A stretch of 33,034 nt of DNA from the NCBI GenBank assembly GCA_964362835.1, contig CAYIGE010000001.1, positions 1 through 33,034 on the forward strand, read 5' to 3'. Positions 25,960 to 33,034 of this stretch are shown one piece after another. Within the stretch, counting starts at the first letter, position 1. The number at the start of each line of letters is the position of its first letter. The notes under the pieces were generated by a model. The model was not told where the DNA came from. It was given only the letters and a program-made list of their open reading frames with translations, and did no database searches. Made by a program: the position numbers and the translations under genes. This stretch comes from Candidatus Woesearchaeota archaeon (GTDB taxonomy: Archaea; Nanobdellota; Nanobdellia; Pacearchaeales; GW2011-AR1).

Positions 25960-27613
25960 ATAGTTTATTAAAAAATTTCGATATTTTGATTAATTTTGGG
26001 CTCTTACTTTTTGGTAAAACATTCACTAGAACATGTTTCAATATTTGAGGATTGATAAATAATGAGTAAATTAAAAGCTTGTAGATATAAGAATTCTTCA
26101 ACAATTTTTTCTGATTTTTAAGCACCAGCAAATTCAAATCCAAACTAAGGAACAGAATGTGGTCTATGTTTCTTAGGGGAATTGTTTTAATTTTTCTTGT
26201 AACTACTAATGGAATAGATAAAAATGATGTATTTTCTTTATTGATGAACATGGCTTTTCTTCCTTTATATAAAGAGGCAAATTTTTCTATGTTTGCAAGA
26301 AAGAAGTCTTTTCTCACCATGAATTGAGATATGTCTGTATTTTTGTAAATATATTTCTTATCAAGATAAGTGTAGGCATAATATACGTCTAAAAATGCAT
26401 AATCTCCGATTAAATTAGAACTAAGCTGTGCACAACATAGAGAGATAGGTTTTTTTATCAAATCCATTGAATAAACTTGAAAATAATCTCTGTAAGGAAT
26501 ATTTTCATATCCAGAGCTTTTAAAACATATGTAATTTGCACTGGCAACTTTCTCATTTAAATAAGAAATGCCCTTTTTAAAGTCATTTTTATCTAGGTAT
26601 TTCGGTTTATTTTCCATATTCTTTACCCTTAATTTGCTATGAAGAGGCCTCTTGTCTTTTTCAATGGTCTTGAATGCATCGCTTAGCATTTTCATATTTG
26701 AATATTTCTTGGTAATCTTATCATAAGCTCTTTTTGCTATTTGCTCTCTTTCTTTTTCATGCTTCATGTAATAATTTATCTTATTATATAATTCTTCTTC
26801 GCTCTTAAATGAAGCAAAGTCTTTTCCCTCCGTAAACTTGGCAAAATATCCTTCTGCGTATTCTGTTAGTGCAAATGACTTGCAGGCATTCACGGCTAAA
26901 GATCTTTCAATAACGTGAGGTACACTAAAGAAATTTTGAGAGAAGCATAGATTTATTTTAGTTTCATTTATAACTTTAATAAATTCTTCATCTGCTAATT
27001 TTCCAATATAATGTTTTTTGAATTCGGAGTATTCATCCCATCCGGCTCCTCCAAGAACAAAATTAACATTTTTTTTAAGAAGATATCTCATATACTTCAG
27101 CCTGTCTCCTTTTGGAGTTCCGACAAAAACTATATCATATTTTTTCTTGAGATTCAATGGTCTGAACTTGTTTATATCAACTCCGAGCAAATCAAACCAA
27201 GGCAGACGATATTCATCATATTTAGGGGTAAAGTTCAGCTGACTGATAAGCTGGTAATCTATCGCTAAAGAATATGGAACAGTATAATTTTCAAACTTTA
27301 TGTCATCGTCGCCGTTCCATTGAACCACGATTACATTTGGAAGTATTTCCTTTATCTTGACAAGAGTTTCTGGATAAAATTCATCACCTACTAAAAAAAG
27401 CATAATATAATCCGGTTTATACGACTTGAGCAGATTTAAGAACTGTTTATTCATGTGCTCCTTGCCTTGCTTGTAAGTTACTTCCTGCGGGTCAAAATCT
27501 TTTACTTCTCTAAATATTTTTCTCAATGGTATATGGTATGCTTGATTGATAATCCAATAAGGGTTATTTACAGACCATGCTGCAAGAAGCATTCTTTTGT
27601 TAATTTGGGCCAT
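25952..27613 (-). CDS. CgeB-like glycosyltransferase (DUF3880 + Glyco_trans_1_2-like) with an unassigned C-terminal region of about 230 aa
   Basis: The N-terminal 320 aa resemble the CgeB family (IVFVGTPKGDRLKYMRYL...NVNFVLGGAGW; ...ERSLAVNACKSF..TEY). I could not assign the C-terminal part. Confidence 0.5.
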   Translation of the reverse strand: MAQINKRMLLAAWSVNNPYWIINQAYHIPLRKIFREVKDFDPQEVTYKQGKEHMNKQFLNLLKSYKPDYIMLFLVGDEFYPETLVKIKEILPNVIVVQWNGDDDIKFENYTVPYSLAIDYQLISQLNFTPKYDEYRLPWFDLLGVDINKFRPLNLKKKYDIVFVGTPKGDRLKYMRYLLKKNVNFVLGGAGWDEYSEFKKHYIGKLADEEFIKVINETKINLCFSQNFFSVPHVIERSLAVNACKSFALTEYAEGYFAKFTEGKDFASFKSEEELYNKINYYMKHEKEREQIAKRAYDKITKKYSNMKMLSDAFKTIEKDKRPLHSKLRVKNMENKPKYLDKNDFKKGISYLNEKVASANYICFKSSGYENIPYRDYFQVYSMDLIKKPISLCCAQLSSNLIGDYAFLDVYYAYTYLDKKYIYKNTDISQFMVRKDFFLANIEKFASLYKGRKAMFINKENTSFLSIPLVVTRKIKTIPLRNIDHILFLSLDLNLLVLKNQKKLLKNSYIYKLLIYSLFINPQILKHVLVNVLPKSKSPKLIKISKFFNKLFN

Positions 27614-27645
27614 GTTTGCCCGAACAAAATAGGGTTTAAAAACGT

Positions 27646-28170
27646 TTATTTTATTGCTAGGACTACAATCTGCCTTTTACCAAAATTAAAGGGAAGTATG
27701 TTTGCAATAAACTTTATTAGCCAGTTTCTGCCATGAGCAACATATTTTATATTTATTTTACTGAATCTTTTAAACAGATTTCTTAAATGGCTCTCAACAA
27801 ATAAATGTCTATGGGCATCCTCTCCTTTACTATGTTTAAATCCATCAATTTTATAATAGTGGTCAAGATAGTTATTATGCTCCCATTTCTTGTGTGTATA
27901 CCAAAATATGTATGTGGCGCTGTCCGTAAGCAAACGAAGTTTTCCGCCTTTTTTTAATACTCTAAAAACCTCTTCTTCAAAATGCCCTAGATTTTTTATA
28001 TGTTCTAAAATTCCTGAAGCTAATATTTCATCAAAGGTTGAATCTTTGTAAGGTAGTTTTTCTTTGTCTATATTTACAACAGCCGTTGTGATTGGAGTTT
28101 TAAACAAGTCTACTCTGTCTGTTCCATACATATCATTTCCGCAACCGAGATTAAGAATTCTTTTTACCAT
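27646..28170 (-). CDS. Compact class I SAM-dependent methyltransferase (paralogue of 6432-6965)
   Basis: ILNLGCGNDMYGTDRVDLFKT..., FDEILASGILEHIKNLGHF and LKKGGKL. Roughly 40% of residues match the 6432-6965 product along the full length, judged by eye. Confidence 0.75.
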   Translation of the reverse strand: MVKRILNLGCGNDMYGTDRVDLFKTPITTAVVNIDKEKLPYKDSTFDEILASGILEHIKNLGHFEEEVFRVLKKGGKLRLLTDSATYIFWYTHKKWEHNNYLDHYYKIDGFKHSKGEDAHRHLFVESHLRNLFKRFSKINIKYVAHGRNWLIKFIANILPFNFGKRQIVVLAIK

Positions 28171-28249
28171 GCCTGTGATTTAATAATGAGGTCATTTAAA
28201 TATTTCCATATATATTAAGACTTATATACCTTTAAATCCCAGAAAATTG

Positions 28250-29473
28250 ATGATAAGAGACAGCTGTCTTATATGTGGTTCTAATCATCTTTCGCAGATA
28301 ATAGACTTAGGAATGCATCCCTTTGCGGACACATTTATACCTGAATCAAAATTAGCTGAAAATGATAAAATTTATCCGCTTGTTTGTGATTTGTGCAATG
28401 ATTGTGGGCAGGTACAAAATAAATATGAAACAAATCCTCTTGAGAGGTACTCTCAGATAGAATATTCTTATACTTCTTCAAACTCGGCTTTTTCAAGAAA
28501 GCATTGGGATGAATATGCTCAAGAAATCTCTAAAAAGATAGATCTTAAGCCTAATTCATTAGTTGTTGAAGCTGGATCTAATGATGGTTACTTATCGGAA
28601 CAGTTTGCTAAAGACAGACATAGAGTTGTCGGTGTAGATCCATCTCCTTATATGGCTGAATTGGCTAAGAAAAGAAATGTAGATACGGTAGTAGGACTTT
28701 TTGGAGAAGAACCTGCGAAGAAAATTATTGATAAATATGGGAAAGCAGACTTAATAATAGCAAACAATGTTTTCAACCATTCAGATAATCCATTGGAATT
28801 TACTAGGGCTGTAGCTAACTTGATGAATGATGGAGCAACTTTTGTATTTGAACAACCTTATTGGATTGAAACTCTAAAAAGTGGGAAATTTGACCAGATA
28901 TATCATGAACATGTAAGTTACTTTACTGTTCGTTCGGCTAAAGAGCTTCTTGAGCGTTCTGGATTAGCAATATACCATACTGAAGTCGTGGATTATCATG
29001 GAGGATCATTGCGTGTTTTTGCTAAGAAGAAGCAAGATGTACCAGTTAGATCAGAATCAGAAAAAGAGATGATGGAACAAGAAGAAAAATATGGAGCATT
29101 TGATAAAAAAACATATGAGGAATTTATGAAAAATAATCTATCTCAAAGAAATAAATTCCTTCAGAAGATTTGCAAAATAAAGGAAGATGGATACAGAGTT
29201 ATTGCCGTAGGGGCTGCTGCAAAGGGAAACACATTCCTTAATTTTTATAGATTAGATAATAGTTTAGTGGATTATGTTACTGATTCTTCTTCTCATAAAA
29301 AGGGTAAGCACACCCCTGCAACTAGAATACCTATTGTTGGAGATGAAATATTTTCAAAATTTGATAAAGTATATGCTTTGATATTATCTTGGAATATTGC
29401 TAACCAGCTTAAAGACATTTTATTTAAAATAAACCCTAAAATAGAGTTTATATCTCCGGAAGGTAACCAATGA
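28250..29473 (+). CDS. NDP-hexose C-methyltransferase (TylC3-like; Zn-ribbon + SAM domain + C-methyltransferase C-terminal domain)
   Basis: N-terminal CLICGS....(x30)...CDLCNDCG zinc ribbon, VVEAGSNDG SAM motif and a C-terminal VGAAAKGNTFLN Rossmann-like domain. The track start at 28247 is TTG, so I use the adjacent ATG at 28250. Confidence 0.78.
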   Translation: MIRDSCLICGSNHLSQIIDLGMHPFADTFIPESKLAENDKIYPLVCDLCNDCGQVQNKYETNPLERYSQIEYSYTSSNSAFSRKHWDEYAQEISKKIDLKPNSLVVEAGSNDGYLSEQFAKDRHRVVGVDPSPYMAELAKKRNVDTVVGLFGEEPAKKIIDKYGKADLIIANNVFNHSDNPLEFTRAVANLMNDGATFVFEQPYWIETLKSGKFDQIYHEHVSYFTVRSAKELLERSGLAIYHTEVVDYHGGSLRVFAKKKQDVPVRSESEKEMMEQEEKYGAFDKKTYEEFMKNNLSQRNKFLQKICKIKEDGYRVIAVGAAAKGNTFLNFYRLDNSLVDYVTDSSSHKKGKHTPATRIPIVGDEIFSKFDKVYALILSWNIANQLKDILFKINPKIEFISPEGNQ

Positions 29474-29904
29474 TAAACAAAATATACTCTAAGGTAAACC
29501 CATCTGTTCTTTTACATGTGATATATACTCATGAAAAGAGCAATGAAAAGACTAGTGTGAAAAAAGTTTATAATTTAACTGAGGATGAACACAATCTTCA
29601 AGCAATGGTCTTTCAAATGCCTGCAGGAACGAAAAGTAGCCCACATAAACACAATCCCCAGGAAAGAAAAACGAGTCAAACTCATGAAGCTCTTTTACTT
29701 TTAGAGGGTTCTGTTGAACTTTCTATTTATGATATAGACCATAGTTTCGTAGATAAAGTAGTTTTGAATGAAGGAGATTGTTATGTAATCATTAACGGAG
29801 GGCATAATATTAATGCTCTTACAGATGTTACATTTTTTGAATTTAAGAATGGACCTTATTATGGATCTGAAAAGGATAAGACTAATATAAATCAAGCGGA
29901 TTAG
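29470..29904 (+). CDS. WbuC-family cupin fold protein
   Basis: PHKHN....THEALLLLEGSVELSIYD.....VLNEGD and FEFKNGPY match the pattern of WbuC (PHYH...E.F.V.EG.LEV..YD ... E.KEGPF). A 4-nt ATGA overlap joins it to the C-methyltransferase. Confidence 0.65.
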   Translation: MINKIYSKVNPSVLLHVIYTHEKSNEKTSVKKVYNLTEDEHNLQAMVFQMPAGTKSSPHKHNPQERKTSQTHEALLLLEGSVELSIYDIDHSFVDKVVLNEGDCYVIINGGHNINALTDVTFFEFKNGPYYGSEKDKTNINQAD

Positions 29905-29910
29905 TACAAT

Positions 29911-30996
29911 TTATTTCTTTTGAAGAAGTTCTTTTGCTTTTTGTATGTAAAATCCTTTTTTATTCTTGTTTTCCGGATCTACTGCGATAATGCCTCGTTC
30001 TTCAAATTGCTCTTTAAGATCTGACTCTAACATCATATAAACTAAATCTTTGAACTTAACTTGTGGGTTCCATCCTAATAATTTTTTTGCTTTTCTAGCA
30101 TCTCCAAGTAATGCGGGTACTTCAGCCGGACGCCTATATTGGTCATCTGTAACTACATAATTTTTATAGTCCAAACCTAAAAGACTAAATGATTCTTCTA
30201 AAAATTCTCTTACTGTATGAGTTTCCTCTGTAGCTATAACAAAATCCTCTGGCTCGTGATGCTGTAGTATCTTCCACATTGCCCACACATACTCTTTAGA
30301 CAAACCCCAGTCTCGTTTTGCATCTAAATTACCCATAGTTATTTTTGAGGCTTCGCCTACAACTATGCGAGCAAGCTCTCTGGTTATTTTACGTGTTGCA
30401 AAGTTCAGTCCTCTGCGAGGTGATTCATGATTAAAAAGTATCCCATTTGAAGCAAATAATCCGTAAGCCATTCTATACATACGAGTAAAGTTGAATGCTG
30501 CTACTTTTGAAATTCCGTATGGGCTTACTGGTTTGAAAGGAGTTTCTTCATTTTGAGGAGGTGGAGAAATTCCAAACATTTCTGAAGATGAAGCCTGGTA
30601 ATATTTACACTTAAGTCCGCTGTGATGGATTGCATCCAGAAGCCTTAGAGTTCCAAGAGCGTTTATATCAAATGTTGAAGAAGGGTTTTCAAAACTAATT
30701 CCTACATGACTTTGAGCTGCTAGATTGTATACTTCATCTGGCTGAACTTTTTCGATAATGTTTCTTAAACTAGATGCATCTGTTAAATCGGCGTGATAAC
30801 AAACAAACTCTTTCGATGCGTCTTGGCTGTAATTCATTTTTTTAAGCAAATGCTCTATTCTTTTTGAACTATGATTACTTGAACGTCTTATTATACCCCT
30901 GACATAATATCCCTTGCTCAATAACAATTCAGATAGATAAGAACCATCTTGACCAGTTACCCCCGTAATTAATGCAACTTTTTTACCATTTAGCAT
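29911..30996 (-). CDS. gmd: GDP-mannose 4,6-dehydratase
   Basis: KVALITGVTGQDGSYLSELLLSKGY.V.GI.RRSS, SSSEMFG, YGISKV and LFNHESPRRG are canonical Gmd motifs. Confidence 0.93.
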   Translation of the reverse strand: MLNGKKVALITGVTGQDGSYLSELLLSKGYYVRGIIRRSSNHSSKRIEHLLKKMNYSQDASKEFVCYHADLTDASSLRNIIEKVQPDEVYNLAAQSHVGISFENPSSTFDINALGTLRLLDAIHHSGLKCKYYQASSSEMFGISPPPQNEETPFKPVSPYGISKVAAFNFTRMYRMAYGLFASNGILFNHESPRRGLNFATRKITRELARIVVGEASKITMGNLDAKRDWGLSKEYVWAMWKILQHHEPEDFVIATEETHTVREFLEESFSLLGLDYKNYVVTDDQYRRPAEVPALLGDARKAKKLLGWNPQVKFKDLVYMMLESDLKEQFEERGIIAVDPENKNKKGFYIQKAKELLQKK

Positions 30997-31016
30997 TTTC
31001 CTACTTGATAAATGCC

Positions 31017-31025
31017 TTTTATAAA
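31017..31025 (-). promoter_or_regulatory. TATA-like box of gmd
   Basis: ttttataaa is centred 25 nt upstream of the gmd ATG at 30996. Confidence 0.5.
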
Positions 31026-31124
31026 GATTGTTCTTCTTTAGATACTATCGCCATTTTAATAAAATCAATCATAGGGGTTGTAAAACGGATTTCATTTTTA
31101 AGGTATCTTCTTTATAATTGCTTT

Positions 31125-32924
31125 TTAAAAATAATGTGAATTTTGTAGCCTGATTAAAAGCCAACATACAAAACATAAAATGATTAGAGTAAATATAATA
31201 GCCATATAAATTATCCAATGGCTTAGTTTTTCCAAGAGTTTTCCCGCTCCTTCTACTTTATAGTCAAAAATATAATTAGCCATGTTTTTGTAAAGATAGG
31301 GTGTGAAATAGAAAGATTGAATATTTTTAGATTCTTCAATAATTTCTGGAGGCAGATTTAAGGTCAAGAAGTATACTTTGTAAATCTCTTTTTCTGAAGA
31401 CTTCTTTAAAAACTCCTGTTTGCTGTATTCTGGAGCAGAGATAGATTTCACCAATATTCCATTCTGAGAGAATAGTGAAACTAATTCTTCACTTGATTTA
31501 TTTAGATTCTGATCGTTTTGAACCCAACCCCATCCACAGTCATCTATTGCACATTCCACAAAAAATACATTTGTTGGCTTTAGGTGCTGAGCTGAAAGAT
31601 TTACTATTGATTGGTAAACTTCTGGAAACTGAGAGGAAAATATAAAACTGTTGGGAGTTGCTAACCAGAAACTTCTTGCAGAATAAATTCTTGAATCCAG
31701 AATAATCAAATCATTCGCCCCTACCTTATCATTTACATAGTTCTTTAATTCCGAAGTTGCGCTTTGTTTCCTAAAATTCTCGGGTGTCCCATAAGCCGTG
31801 CCTAGACTTATCAGCATGCCTAAGATGAGGATTACATAAAATAAATTTCTTAGACTCTTGCTATTTATTCTTTCTTTGATACTTACGAAAGCAAATCCTG
31901 CTGGAATCGCCAAAAATAAATGCAAAAATGCAAAATGCTTCTGCAACCCTGATCCCCCACTTTGCAGGATAAATGGGATTATAATCATAATTAATACAAA
32001 TGGTAAGGTATTTTTATCTTTGCGAAGGAAAAGCAATGTTAATCCAATTAAAGAAAATAATGTTGGAAGGGGGTCAGTTATTAGGGGTAGTTTATATTGT
32101 GAATAACTGCTTAGTTTTGCTAGCCTATTAAAGAAAGATTCACCTTGCCCTGCAAGTCCTTGATATAGCTCTTGAGTTTTTTCTATATGGATTATCCTGC
32201 TAAAATAAACATCAACTATTCCTTTTTCTTTATAGATAAAATAGTTAAAAGCCAAGAAAGGAAGTGAAATAAGTAATATTATGCCCAAGACTATTATGAT
32301 TTGTTTTATTAAAGAATGTTTTTGAGGAAATGAAATTTTCTGCTCATAAAGATAACCTAAAAATATACAGAAAGATATAAAGAAAAATGGAGCACTGTAT
32401 TTGGTTAAAGTTGCTAACCCGAAGCTTATTGCAAAAAGGCAGAGCCATTTAAGATTATGATATTTTAGATAGGATAGTCCACAAAGACATGCAAAAACAA
32501 CAAAAAACAAGACTAATAAAGTATGCTCTGTAAAAGTCATTCTTATAAGAAATGTTGAGAATGTCACAAAAAATGCCGCTCCTATAGCAACTTTTTCGTT
32601 TTTAGAAAGCATTCTCGTTAAAAGGAAGACTAATGGTATCAAAAGAGTTCCGGCAACAAGTGGCCAGAACCGAGATGCAAATGTGGAATACCCAAATAAA
32701 GTATAAGCTAAATCAGTAAGATAGAAAAAAAGAGGAGGATTTGAATGAGTTGACAAAATCCCCGCTTTGATTATTCCTGCACTTTGTGAGGCATATAGCA
32801 TGTCATCTGCTAATACTTCTAGATTAAGAGCTGCCTTAAGACGTAGCAAGAATCCTACAACTATAAGCAACCCCAAGATAATCTTTGAATTATCTTCTCC
32901 TGATTTAATTTGTTTTTGCATCAT
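31125..32924 (-). CDS. GT-C fold glycosyltransferase, ArnT/PMT_2-like
   Basis: 599-aa protein with a polytopic N-terminal part, a first-loop acidic motif (LADDMLYA) and a soluble C-terminal domain followed by a terminal TM. Confidence 0.65.
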   Translation of the reverse strand: MMQKQIKSGEDNSKIILGLLIVVGFLLRLKAALNLEVLADDMLYASQSAGIIKAGILSTHSNPPLFFYLTDLAYTLFGYSTFASRFWPLVAGTLLIPLVFLLTRMLSKNEKVAIGAAFFVTFSTFLIRMTFTEHTLLVLFFVVFACLCGLSYLKYHNLKWLCLFAISFGLATLTKYSAPFFFISFCIFLGYLYEQKISFPQKHSLIKQIIIVLGIILLISLPFLAFNYFIYKEKGIVDVYFSRIIHIEKTQELYQGLAGQGESFFNRLAKLSSYSQYKLPLITDPLPTLFSLIGLTLLFLRKDKNTLPFVLIMIIIPFILQSGGSGLQKHFAFLHLFLAIPAGFAFVSIKERINSKSLRNLFYVILILGMLISLGTAYGTPENFRKQSATSELKNYVNDKVGANDLIILDSRIYSARSFWLATPNSFIFSSQFPEVYQSIVNLSAQHLKPTNVFFVECAIDDCGWGWVQNDQNLNKSSEELVSLFSQNGILVKSISAPEYSKQEFLKKSSEKEIYKVYFLTLNLPPEIIEESKNIQSFYFTPYLYKNMANYIFDYKVEGAGKLLEKLSHWIIYMAIIFTLIILCFVCWLLIRLQNSHYF

Positions 32925-33034
32925 AGTTAAAATTGTTTATATTAAACTTGGGAATGTCTTTTATGTGTGCCTTGCCCATAATATACTCTCCCATTGTTTT
33001 TAGTATGTTAAGCCCGTAGGGAATGACATTTACA

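Noticed and set aside
28247-28249. TTG start codon given by the ORF track for the C-methyltransferase.
   Set aside because: An ATG follows immediately at 28250, and every other gene in the window starts with ATG, so I prefer the ATG. The difference is a single residue.
15365-32106. Other embedded ORFs: 15365-15607, 15920-16111, 18502-18687, 19129-19479, 20238-20477, 24206-24448, 27011-27268, 27018-27242, 27455-27736, 29701-29895 and 31858-32106.
   Set aside because: All are nested in, or antisense to, well-supported genes, so I treat them as shadow ORFs.
6432-32924. The glycosylation island as a recently acquired mobile or genomic island.
   Set aside because: No integrase, transposase, flanking tRNA or direct repeats were seen. 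By eye the base composition and promoter style match the housekeeping part. There is no evidence for mobility in this window.
32925-33034. Possible RNA gene or additional ORF at the right edge. A minus-strand frame is open from the window edge to about 32915, and 32767-33003 is a plus-strand ORF.
   Set aside because: I saw no tRNA-like acceptor or T-arm features. The minus-strand open frame is only about 40 codons with no recognisable motif, and it would run through the TATA-like tttaatataa that fits the GT-C gene promoter. The plus-strand ORF is antisense to the GT-C gene. There is too little sequence to call.
1-33034. CRISPR arrays, rRNA or tRNA genes, and long tandem or interspersed nucleotide repeats.
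   Set aside because: Reading both strands, I found no regularly spaced direct repeats and no conserved RNA-gene motifs. The only repeats are the short ones listed as features.

Overview
AT-rich archaeal chromosomal segment, roughly one third G+C by eye. The gene content and the absence of adk suggest a small-genome DPANN-type lineage, but that is inference. Nt 1-6400 carry housekeeping genes: the tail of the ribosomal-protein (spc-like) operon (uL15, 5'-truncated) and secY, a DUF106/EMC3-type insertase, prefoldin alpha, an aIF-2B-family protein and a SpoIIM-like membrane protein. The normally contiguous L15-secY junction is split by a 2-kb antisense block holding a polytopic membrane protein, a mazEF toxin-antitoxin pair and a minimal VIT1 transporter. 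Nt 6432-32924 form one dense glycosylation island of about 26.5 kb. It opens with the oligosaccharyltransferase aglB (WWDYG and DxxK motifs present). It also contains two MOP/Wzx flippases, two further ArnT/PMT-like GT-C enzymes, an Alg5-like Dol-P-hexose synthase and a split Alg14/Alg13-like (PssD/PssE) glycosyltransferase. Five GT2, one GT4 and one CgeB-like glycosyltransferase are present, along with four class-I methyltransferases and a TylC3-type sugar C-methyltransferase. The remaining genes are gmd, two RmlD-like reductases, two small cupins and an AsnB-type amidotransferase. I found no rRNA, tRNA, CRISPR array, transposase or integrase. Points most worth follow-up: (1) the aglB-flippase-Alg5-like-Alg14/13-like cassette; (2) a gmd + C-methyltransferase + WbuC-cupin module implying a branched C-methyl 6-deoxyhexose; (3) a translationally coupled GT-C/AsnB/GT2 operon; (4) a split CapF-like reductase/cupin pair; (5) a G8 tract inside the Alg5-like gene; (6) very regular leaderless promoter geometry, including single TATA elements shared by divergent genes. 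All functional calls rest on motif recognition by eye, with no database search run.
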